Below, piece after piece: positions 8,706 through 16,651 of a stretch of DNA of 34,701 nucleotides; the first letter of the stretch is position 1, and each line of letters starts with the position of its first letter. Made by a program: the position numbers and the translations under genes. This DNA is from Cytophagales bacterium. Lineage in GTDB: Bacteria; Bacteroidota; Bacteroidia; Cytophagales; Cyclobacteriaceae. The notes beneath the pieces are model-generated. The model did no database searches. It had not been told where the DNA came from and was given only the letters and a program-made list of their open reading frames with translations. The stretch covers positions 1 through 34,701 of the forward strand of contig JAJCYL010000173.1 in assembly GCA_029262955.1 (NCBI GenBank). Reading direction: 5' to 3'.

Positions 8706-10331
8706 TCAAACCTCTACGGGTAGATCAATTTTGATGGTAGTCCCTTTTTCACAGCTGCTTACAAATCCTATTTTTCCCTTCATTAGTTCAACGTACCGTT
8801 TTACAATATTTAATCCCAGGCCGGTGCCTTGAATATTATGTGTATTAGAAGCTCTAAAAAAAGGACTGAACATGTTCTTTTGATCCTCTTCCGGGATCCC
8901 AATCCCCTGGTCTTCAATGTCGATGTATAATCGCGACTTCTTGAAAGACACCTTGATAGCAATTGGCTTGTTTTCCGGTGAGTATTTAATGGCGTTTGAA
9001 GTCACGTTAATGAGAATATTCCTAAGCAGTTTTTTATCGATTACTACCGCTTTAGCTGAATCTTCACAGGTATAATCCAAAGTCTGTCCAGGTTTTAATA
9101 TCTCAATCAATGACTCAACTACTTCCTCCACCAATTCTATCGCATCAAATTCCTCAGGATGACACTCAATCCTTCCTTCGTCGAGTTTATCTACAGATAG
9201 GAAGTCTTCCAGAATACCGTTCATATGGGTCACCGAGGTCTTGATTCTTTTCACATGTTTTAACCTTTTCTCATTCTCTTCGTATCCCGGATATTTGGTT
9301 ATCAATGATGCTGATGAAAGAATGGTGCTTAGGGGCGTTCTGAATTCATGTGAAGCCAACGAAACAAACTTTGATTTGAGTTCATTCAGATCCTTTTCTT
9401 TCGATAGTGACTCCTTCAACTCATCTTGTGACCTTTTCAGCCGCTTAACTGCCTTATTTAATTCTTTCGTTCGAAGACCCACTTCTTTTTCAAGCCCTGC
9501 TGAATAGTGTTCCAATTTTTTCCGACTCTCCCTTAAGTCCCCCATTATTTTATTCTTCTCTGTCAAGTCAGTGCCAGAAATGAGGGTTCCAACTATTTGC
9601 CCATCACTATCACGAAGTATTGTGTTTTGCCAATGAATCGACTTCTCTTCTCCGCTTTTTGTCAAGACCAAATTGTCAAACCTTTGGTACTTATTGGAGT
9701 CTTCAATGATCGATTTAAAAACCTCTTCTATATGCGGTTTATCTTCTTCCTTGATGAAATAGTCAAACCATTTCGTACCAATTAGTTCTTTTTCTGAAAA
9801 TCCCAATATCTCGCATCCCTTCTGGTTAATTTCAATAATTTCTCCTTGACCATTAAGAACCAGCAGCATCACCTCAGCAGCATCAAAATACAGCCGGGCC
9901 ATTTCCTTTTCCTCGGTCAGTTTTTTTTCTATCACTTTTCTCTTCGAGATGTCCGTAATAAATGTTACGACAAAGTCATTGATATCGCCCCTCATTGGGC
10001 TGAGACTTATTTCAACCGGAAATATGGCTCCGTCTTTTCTCAAACCATTTAAATCTCGCCCCTCTCCCATTTTACGTGGTGTAGGGTTCTCAAAATACTT
10101 TTGACGGTACGCACTATGTTTCTCCGGATCTCCAAAAGGAACAAGACGTTCTATCCATAATCCTGACAGCTCATCTTCCTTGTATCCAAACATTTCTTCT
10201 GCTGACTGATTAGCTATAAGGATTTCACCATTGGAATTGACCAAAAGAACTCCTTCAACCAGTGAGTTGAAAAATTTGTGAAACGAGTCTTCATTCACAA
10301 AAGGCAATCCGCTACTGGACACATCTTTCAT
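8706..10331 (-). CDS. Cytoplasmic PAS-PAS sensor histidine kinase
   Basis: Two PAS-like modules (GEILIANQSAEEMFGYKEDEL and GEIIEINQKGCEILGFSEKEL). H-box SHEFRTPLS, N-box NVTSNAIKYS, G1 DQGIGIP, G2 GTGLGLNIV. No TM segments are evident. Confidence 0.9.
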   Translation of the reverse strand: MKDVSSSGLPFVNEDSFHKFFNSLVEGVLLVNSNGEILIANQSAEEMFGYKEDELSGLWIERLVPFGDPEKHSAYRQKYFENPTPRKMGEGRDLNGLRKDGAIFPVEISLSPMRGDINDFVVTFITDISKRKVIEKKLTEEKEMARLYFDAAEVMLLVLNGQGEIIEINQKGCEILGFSEKELIGTKWFDYFIKEEDKPHIEEVFKSIIEDSNKYQRFDNLVLTKSGEEKSIHWQNTILRDSDGQIVGTLISGTDLTEKNKIMGDLRESRKKLEHYSAGLEKEVGLRTKELNKAVKRLKRSQDELKESLSKEKDLNELKSKFVSLASHEFRTPLSTILSSASLITKYPGYEENEKRLKHVKRIKTSVTHMNGILEDFLSVDKLDEGRIECHPEEFDAIELVEEVVESLIEILKPGQTLDYTCEDSAKAVVIDKKLLRNILINVTSNAIKYSPENKPIAIKVSFKKSRLYIDIEDQGIGIPEEDQKNMFSPFFRASNTHNIQGTGLGLNIVKRYVELMKGKIGFVSSCEKGTTIKIDLPVEV

Positions 10332-10680
10332 AGATAGTCTACTTTGAGGCGAAAGTATTTATCTCAACTAGTCGGTGGAGAAGAAGTTTTTCGACCAATA
10401 TTAAAGATAATGTTCTCAATTCAGAAAATCAATAAGATTCGACGTCAATCAATTATATGCTATATAAGGATTGATAATTAGGTAAGTAAGTGCTGTAAAA
10501 AAGAGGAAAGCTGTTACTTTGTGTTGTACTTTATATCCACGACACGAAACTTACCGTAAACAAATTTCCCATCCGGATAATCAAATATGGCCTCACCATA
10601 TGACCCGAGGTTTAATTCTCCCAGGCCTGGAAACTTTTCGGTTAATTCCAATTTTCACCGTAATAGCATTTGAGTTTTTA

Positions 10681-11898
10681 CTATTCTCTAACCTCTCGAG
10701 CTCGCTTTATTGCCCATTTTGAGGTTAGGGGTCCAATAAATTCGTGAATTAGAGTTGCCCCCATTATAGTTCCAATTAGCAGGTCAGAAATAACTGAGAA
10801 ATTGGGATCTTTCTGGATCACTAGTGCCAATCCCAGCACGATTCCACCTTGTGGGATCAATCCTGCGAAAGCATATTTGCTAACGGAGGAAGGCATTTTT
10901 GAAATCTTTGCTCCTAGAAAGGTGCCTAAATATTTACCGGCTAATCTCAATAGAATAAATAACAAAATTAATCCTCCCGCCTCTCCAAGAGATTTCCACT
11001 TGAGGTGCATTGCGCCAAGCACGAAGAAAAATATGAAAACTAACTCCTCGGTGTACCTTTCTGTTAAGCCAATAACCTTATCCTTATTGCCATTGAAATT
11101 GGTAACAATAATGCCGAAAGTCAAGGTAGAAAAGAGTTCATCAAAACCAAGCAGAACACTAGCCCCAAAAGCTGCGGCCAAAAAACCTAAAACCAGTACT
11201 ATAATTTGACCCTCTTCCCTGATTTCCAGGGCATTGGTTAATTTGTTAAAGATCCAACCGAGAAGAATGCCTATCATTAAGGCCCCAATAATTATGGTTG
11301 CTGTTTTATAAATCACTTCAAGTATTGGTGTTGCTGTTTTACCAATAAATGATGTAGCGACAGCAAAAGACAAACTAAATAGTAACAAGGTAAATGCATC
11401 GTCAAGAGCTGCAGCACCCATTATCGTTTCGGATACAATTCCTCTAGCCTTATACTGATGCATGACAGCAAGAGTGGCCGAAGGGTCAGTGGGTGCTGCC
11501 AGGGAAGCAATCAAGATGCTAAAAGGAATGGATAGACCCAGGATGTCGTAGCCTGCCATGTCTATAAAAATAGGAGAGAGAAAAAGAAAACCAATCAATA
11601 CAATAAGAAATGCGCCCAATGCTTCCAAAGATGAGACAGCAATTATAGCCTTCCCATGAGCTTTCAATTTCTCCATTGATAGTGTACAACCAACTTCAAA
11701 TGTTATAAATGCAAGACACAAATCTGTAATGGGTTCTGTAATGCTGGGAAAGTCCGATGCCACAAACGAGTTGATTTCAGGACTGAGAAGAAGACCCATC
11801 AAAAAATAGCCGGTAACTTTTGGCACCCCTAGTTTTACAGCCAGATAGCCAGCACTGTAACCACCGAGGAGGATTAGTCCAACTAAGAATATCATCAT
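10681..11898 (-). CDS. Cation:proton antiporter (Na+/H+ exchanger family, CPA-type), membrane domain only
   Basis: 405 aa and polytopic. The N-terminus LAVKLGVPKVTGYFLMGLLLSPE is typical of Kef/NapA-type exchangers. It has no C-terminal TrkA/KTN domain. Confidence 0.85.
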   Translation of the reverse strand: MMIFLVGLILLGGYSAGYLAVKLGVPKVTGYFLMGLLLSPEINSFVASDFPSITEPITDLCLAFITFEVGCTLSMEKLKAHGKAIIAVSSLEALGAFLIVLIGFLFLSPIFIDMAGYDILGLSIPFSILIASLAAPTDPSATLAVMHQYKARGIVSETIMGAAALDDAFTLLLFSLSFAVATSFIGKTATPILEVIYKTATIIIGALMIGILLGWIFNKLTNALEIREEGQIIVLVLGFLAAAFGASVLLGFDELFSTLTFGIIVTNFNGNKDKVIGLTERYTEELVFIFFFVLGAMHLKWKSLGEAGGLILLFILLRLAGKYLGTFLGAKISKMPSSVSKYAFAGLIPQGGIVLGLALVIQKDPNFSVISDLLIGTIMGATLIHEFIGPLTSKWAIKRAREVRE

Positions 11899-12065
11899 AA
11901 TGTCAAAACCTCTTTGTAGGTAACAAGTATTCGGTTACTCAATAACCCTGATAGGAAATAATCCCATAGCATACTGGAGGGCATTTTTAGAGCAGCCAGA
12001 AAAATCAACGGGAACAAGAATTTCTTTTGTCTCATAATTTTTAGTTTGGTGGATTGAAATTATGA

Positions 12066-12087
12066 CCGGGAGTCAAAGTCCTCCCGG
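12066..12087 (-). terminator. Hairpin downstream of hsp20 (possible terminator)
   Basis: CCGGGAG (12066 to 12072) and CTCCCGG (12081 to 12087) are perfect 7-bp arms with an 8-nt loop, about 40 nt past the hsp20 stop. The trailing U-tract on the minus strand is weak. Confidence 0.4.
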
Positions 12088-12123
12088 CCAATTACCTGCC
12101 AGAGTTTTGAAGAAACCTTTCAA

Positions 12124-12558
12124 TTAAGAAATCTTGATTTCTTTTTTCGGTAATCTATTGGTTTCTTCCCGTTTTGGAAGCTCCAGTCTCAAAACACCTT
12201 CTTTATATGTGGCTTTAACTTTATCCGGGTTAACACTTTCTGGAAGCATGAATGACCTGGAAAAAGAATTGTAGCTATACTCCTTGCGAGTGTAACCATT
12301 CTCTTTACCCTCACTTTCCTCCTTCTTTTCAGAGCTAACACAGAGATTGCCATTCTCTACATCGATGCGAAAGTCCTTTTTCTCCATACCAGGGGCGGCC
12401 ATTTCAATAACGAACTCATCGTCTTTTTCCTGAATATTAGCTGCAGGTATTTTGGTGACCCAACCATTAGTATCTAATAGTCGGTCATCATCGAAGAAAT
12501 CTGAAAACAACGCTGGCATTTTAGGGAATAACCCTGGTGATCTTACTAAGAGTGACAT
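12124..12558 (-). CDS. Hsp20/alpha-crystallin family small heat shock protein
   Basis: 144 aa with an alpha-crystallin domain (FVIEMAAPGMEKKDFRIDVENGNLCVS ... FSRSFMLPESVNPDKVKATYKEGVLRLELPK). A strong AAGGAGG lies 4 nt upstream of the ATG. Confidence 0.9.
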   Translation of the reverse strand: MSLLVRSPGLFPKMPALFSDFFDDDRLLDTNGWVTKIPAANIQEKDDEFVIEMAAPGMEKKDFRIDVENGNLCVSSEKKEESEGKENGYTRKEYSYNSFSRSFMLPESVNPDKVKATYKEGVLRLELPKREETNRLPKKEIKIS

Positions 12559-12954
12559 AATTCCTCCTTTTTTAAGTTATTAAACAATTGATTTCAAGCT
12601 TCAATTTATTGGGTCATTGTCTTCTCTGTTATGACGTCTCTCAAAGGCATTGCTGATCTTCATCAAAGTGGACGAACCTGAAGATAAGGAATGGTGTCTC
12701 CAGGTAGGGTTATGCCAAAGGAGATACTTAGCAAACCCACCCTTCTCATAGTAAAGAAGAAAGGTGAAAATTATAGTTTTTGGAAAGCCCTCCAGGATAT
12801 ATCCTCTTTCTAAGCAATCCGTTAACGATATCTCTAGGGGTTAATTCCCCCACAGCTATAATTTCATAATGGCTAAAGGTCAAGTTTAATAATGACTATG
12901 GTCATAAATGAGGCGGGATAACATCACCAAATTGGCTTATTAAAGCTAAAGAAG

Positions 12955-13341
12955 ATGAGCTATTATATCAATAAATTAGTTACCGGAAATTTCGAGGATA
13001 TTGTACAAAAAGTTACCAAAGAACTGAAAAATGAAGGCTTTGGGGTATTAACCGAGGTCGATGTGGACAAGGTTCTCAAGCAAAAAATTGATGTCGATTT
13101 TCCTCGATACAAAATATTGGGTGCTTGCAATCCTGGCTATGCGCACCAGGCCTTACAAAATGAAAACAAGGTGGGAACAATGCTCCCGTGTAATGTAATA
13201 GTAAGACAAGCCTCAAATGAAGAAATTGAAGTAGCTGCTGTTGATCCCATTGCATCTATGCAGGCCATTGAAAATCCAACCTTATCGGGAATTGCTCATG
13301 AAGTAAAAGAGAAATTGTCAAATGTGATCAGCAATATTTAA
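12955..13341 (+). CDS. DUF302 domain-containing protein
   Basis: 128 aa. GFGVLTEVDVDKVLKQKIDVDFPRYKILGACNPGYAHQAL and LPCNVIV match my recollection of the DUF302 family pattern. Confidence 0.75.
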   Translation: MSYYINKLVTGNFEDIVQKVTKELKNEGFGVLTEVDVDKVLKQKIDVDFPRYKILGACNPGYAHQALQNENKVGTMLPCNVIVRQASNEEIEVAAVDPIASMQAIENPTLSGIAHEVKEKLSNVISNI

Positions 13342-13358
13342 TACGGCATCAAACAATC

Positions 13359-13489
13359 ATGAAAGAATTCCAATTAACCAGCAAATCACCCGACGCGATT
13401 CCGATGCGTTGGATATGTATCTAAGTAATATATCCAAAGAACATTTACTAACAATTGATAATTCGGTTGTATCGCGTCTCAATAATTGA
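13359..13489 (+). pseudogene. Relic of the N-terminus of a primary-type sigma-70 factor (frameshifted and truncated)
   Basis: ATG 13359 gives MKEFQLTSK. After a frameshift, the next frame reads QQITRRDSDALDMYLSNISKEHLLTIDNSVVSRLNN*. This parallels the Bacteroidota RpoD N-terminus as I recall it (MRQLKITKQ-TNRE-ASLDKYLQEIGK--LIT-EEEV). The rest of the gene is absent. Confidence 0.4.
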
Positions 13490-13511
13490 ATACTCCTTTA
13501 AATCATATCCA

Positions 13512-14456
13512 ATGGACATCATAACCCTCACAATTAATCCTGCTGTTGACAAAAGCTCCTCCGTTGATCATGTCGTACCAGAAAGGAAACTTCGGTGCGA
13601 GGTACCACAATTCGAACCGGGCGGTGGTGGTATTAACGTCTCACGGGCATTAAAAAAATTAGGGGCGGATTCTCTGGCAGTATTTTTTGGTGGGGGATCA
13701 ACAGGGGAAATGATCGAATCGCTATTACAGAAAGAAAAAGTCACTCATCGAAAGATCCCTATTAATGGTAATACGCGTGAAAACTTAGTTGTGGTTGACA
13801 AGTCAACTGGCAACCAATTCAGATTTGGGATGCCTGGACCAACGGTAACTAAAGAAGAGCAAAATAAGGCTCTGGGAATAATCAAAGATCTGATTACCTC
13901 AAAAACGAGGTTTCTGGTAATTAGTGGCAGCTTAAGCCCGGGAATGGCTGAAGATTATTTTGCTAGCTTGATAGGCTCACTTAAAAATCCTAACCTGAAG
14001 GTCATTTTGGATACATCAGGCACTCCATTATTAAAATCAATTGAGCAAGGTGTATACATGATAAAACCCAATCTAAGGGAGTTAAGCCAGATAGCTGGCC
14101 TGGAAACTATTACATGTGAAGATCAGCACAAGATAGCCGGTGACATTATCCAACAAGGCAAAGCTCAAGTAGTGGTGACTTCATTGGGAGCAAGAGGAGC
14201 TTTGTTGACCACAAAAGACATATGTCATCATATTGTTCCTCCTACAGTGCACCTCAAAAGTACTGTCGGAGCCGGCGACAGCATGGTAGCAGGAATACTC
14301 TATGGATTAAACGTCGGGATGGATATCCTCGATGCCGTTCGTTATGGTGTCGCCTCCGGAACAGCTGCTACCATGAATCCTGGAACAGCCTTGTGCAATA
14401 AAGAAGATGTCGAAAACATTTACCACTGGATTACCAGTCCGGTTCATACTACCTGA
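13512..14456 (+). CDS. pfkB: PfkB-family hexose-phosphate kinase (1-phosphofructokinase / 6-phosphofructokinase II type)
   Basis: N-terminus MDIITLTINPAVDK, the di-glycine GGGGINVS, and the C-terminal PfkB signature GAGDSMVAG. The ORF track start (TTG 13455) adds a non-homologous leader, so ATG 13512 is preferred. Confidence 0.85.
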   Translation: MDIITLTINPAVDKSSSVDHVVPERKLRCEVPQFEPGGGGINVSRALKKLGADSLAVFFGGGSTGEMIESLLQKEKVTHRKIPINGNTRENLVVVDKSTGNQFRFGMPGPTVTKEEQNKALGIIKDLITSKTRFLVISGSLSPGMAEDYFASLIGSLKNPNLKVILDTSGTPLLKSIEQGVYMIKPNLRELSQIAGLETITCEDQHKIAGDIIQQGKAQVVVTSLGARGALLTTKDICHHIVPPTVHLKSTVGAGDSMVAGILYGLNVGMDILDAVRYGVASGTAATMNPGTALCNKEDVENIYHWITSPVHTT

Positions 14457-14690
14457 CTTGGTTAGCCTTCATATTAAACCCGCCTTATTCATTAGACTTC
14501 TATTGCATAGTCAGATTACTTCAAAATCAGACACTTACCACTGTGTGGACTCGTCACCATTACGGTGACTATGCCTCCTGGTCTAAGTGCTGATTTCTTG
14601 CACTTTAACTTTTCATCACAAAACCAATGTTCTGAAGTGACTATTGCCTGGCCGACGACATGCCCATTAAAATCTACGATTCCACTCCCC

Positions 14691-16457
14691 CTATATCAAG
14701 TGTTCTAATTCAGCAAAGCGTTCCTTAACCAGGGCAGTAAGTTCTTGTCGTAGCATTTCACCCCGTATCTTCCTTCTTTTTAATTTCCGTACTCTTCTTG
14801 CTAATTCCTTGTCGTTAATTGTATCTCCGAGCCAATACTCAAAATCTTTGTTTTCAATATGGTGTTGAATAGTTTCGACAGGTAACCTGGGTATTACCTC
14901 ACAAAATTCCCAAAGACTGGCAGCAGCATTTATCCCCTGTGTTGATCCGTTCAAGTGAAAATAAAACCTTTTCGATTCCGGCAAAGGAGCTCTTAAATAT
15001 TTATGTAGATGCCTCACATGAGGGACAGTTCGTTGAACTTTTCCATATTCAATAATTCCTGAACATTTAGTATCCCTGTTCTTCATATCATCTACGCAGA
15101 TAAATGCCTGGCCACCTACAAGCGATTCGATTTTTTGATAGTCAACAAGGTTGAGATGACCATTCATTAAGTCCTTCAGTAATTCAACTTCATCGGGGTC
15201 TTTCATTTTTGTAATCATCCAATGATCCATTTTTCTTAGCACAACAGGAGAAAGCTGGCTGGGTTGATAGGTGATTAATCCCATTCCTCCCTCATCCATA
15301 TGATCCACAATCAGATCTGTAAGCTCATTTCCATTTCTCGGACAGAAATATTGAGCCTCATCCAGCAATATCCAATGTGGTTCGCCTTTTTGCTTTCTCA
15401 TGCTATACAAGGCTCGTAGCAGATCGGCAGTATAAGCCATTTTTTGATCAATAGAATATTGCGAAAGATCAATTATAAGACTAAGGTTAGAATACTCGAT
15501 GAGCGTCACCACATCTCCTACCGGAAGAGGATGGGTATCTGTTCCTCCTAATAATATGGTTTGCGAAAAAGCTCTAATCCCATGGTAGTCCCCTTCGGGG
15601 TCAATCAGGCACACCTGGTATTCTAATTTGAGTAATTGCTCCACCATGAATCCCGCCAGCCAGGACTTGCCGCTTCTACTTGAGCCCATGATTCCAAGGT
15701 TACTGTTCAGTAACGATATTGGATCCAGGTAAAATGGCTTGGCATCCTTTTTACCAAAAGGTAAGAGCAGTCTCGGTTTGGTCTTATGCTCGGGAATGAT
15801 ATCCTTCATCAGATCGTCTACGAATGACTTAACACCCGACCCACTTGGCTTGGTGAGAATAATGTCTGCGATGTTTTTAATTTCAGGAGTAGCATTGCCA
15901 ACTGCTACCGAGAGTTCGACTTGTTCAAATAAACTCCTGTCATTCTGGGCGTCGCCAAAAGCGACAACATTATGGGGTGAGCACCCCAACTCATGCAATG
16001 CCATTCGTAATCCGGTACCCTTTGTAGCTCCCGGAGGTAAGATCATCACCGCCCCTTTATTGTATTCTACTGTGGCGGCATATTCTGTTTTTGATAAGAC
16101 GTCTATAACCACCTTATCATGGGGCACCCAGGTTGCAGCGATGGCCATTCCAACCTCAATCGGGATATTGAGAGCCAGTAATTGTTTCTTGACGTCTGGG
16201 GCGAGTTCCCCAAATGGGAGAGAGACGGAGTCATTCCGAGGGAAAAAAATAGCCGCTCCATTTTCTGCAACAATGGCTTCGCATATGTCTTCAAAAAAAG
16301 TAATATCAGGAATTACCTTGAGCCTTCGGCCAGTTACGAGTATAATAGTGAAACCCTCACTATGAGCGTTCTGCAGAGTAACCTTGACCTCTTCTCCAAT
16401 TTCATCTGTTTCAGTAAGGGTACCATCAAGATCAAAAGCGAGTATTTTAAGGTACAT
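14691..16457 (-). CDS. Fusion protein: N-terminal HAD-IIB (Cof/SPP-like) phosphatase, central HerA/DUF87-like P-loop ATPase, and an uncharacterised C-terminal module
   Basis: HAD motif I FDLDGTL, motif II VTGR, motif IV GDAQND. Walker A GSSRSGKS followed by IDPEGDY (HerA/DUF87-like), and Walker B WILLDEAQYF. The last 110 aa or so (RFYFHLNG...SLWEFCEVIPRLP...HHIENKDFEYWL) are of unknown function. Confidence 0.7.
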   Translation of the reverse strand: MYLKILAFDLDGTLTETDEIGEEVKVTLQNAHSEGFTIILVTGRRLKVIPDITFFEDICEAIVAENGAAIFFPRNDSVSLPFGELAPDVKKQLLALNIPIEVGMAIAATWVPHDKVVIDVLSKTEYAATVEYNKGAVMILPPGATKGTGLRMALHELGCSPHNVVAFGDAQNDRSLFEQVELSVAVGNATPEIKNIADIILTKPSGSGVKSFVDDLMKDIIPEHKTKPRLLLPFGKKDAKPFYLDPISLLNSNLGIMGSSRSGKSWLAGFMVEQLLKLEYQVCLIDPEGDYHGIRAFSQTILLGGTDTHPLPVGDVVTLIEYSNLSLIIDLSQYSIDQKMAYTADLLRALYSMRKQKGEPHWILLDEAQYFCPRNGNELTDLIVDHMDEGGMGLITYQPSQLSPVVLRKMDHWMITKMKDPDEVELLKDLMNGHLNLVDYQKIESLVGGQAFICVDDMKNRDTKCSGIIEYGKVQRTVPHVRHLHKYLRAPLPESKRFYFHLNGSTQGINAAASLWEFCEVIPRLPVETIQHHIENKDFEYWLGDTINDKELARRVRKLKRRKIRGEMLRQELTALVKERFAELEHLI

Positions 16458-16603
16458 TCATTTTAATGTTAGGGATTAACGAGAAACTCAATTTCTCGCA
16501 ACAAACTTCTTGACTTTGTGGCACTAATGGAATGATTTCGGTCAGCCTGTGGAATGATCTTCAACTTCTCATGCTTCCACCATATTCAATTCAGAAGTCC
16601 ATT

Positions 16604-16629
16604 AAAAAAGGCGTGAATTTCTTCACTCC
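16604..16629 (-). terminator. Rho-independent terminator of the FadL-family gene
   Basis: On the minus strand: GGAGTGAA-GAAA-TTCACGCC (8-bp stem, one mismatch, GAAA tetraloop) followed by TTTTTT. It lies 22 nt past the stop. Confidence 0.6.
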
Positions 16630-16651
16630 CGTCACCACCCTAACCAACTAT

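Noticed and set aside
12712-12813. 33-aa plus-strand ORF MPKEILSKPTLLIVKKKGENYSFWKALQDISSF in the hsp20/DUF302 spacer
   Set aside because: It is very short, with no motif and no ribosome-binding or promoter evidence. It lies in a 396-bp divergent promoter region.
14457-14695. Stop-free minus-strand frame directly after the HAD::ATPase stop (…GIVDFNGHVVGQAIVTSEHWFCDEKLKCKKSALRPGGIVTVMVTSPHSGKCLILK*), plus the hairpin AGTCACC-attac-GGTGACT
   Set aside because: There is no plausible start codon and I recognise no family. It may be another gene relic or just a convergent-terminator region. The evidence is too thin to call a feature.
15739-16365. 208-aa ORF antisense to the HAD::ATPase gene. Similar long antisense ORFs occur at 10802-11209, 21365-21862, 23294-23710, 27909-28301 and 29900-30307.
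   Set aside because: Each lies entirely inside a well-supported gene on the opposite strand. Their compositions are Ser/Pro/Leu-rich and low in information, typical of shadow ORFs. None has a family motif.
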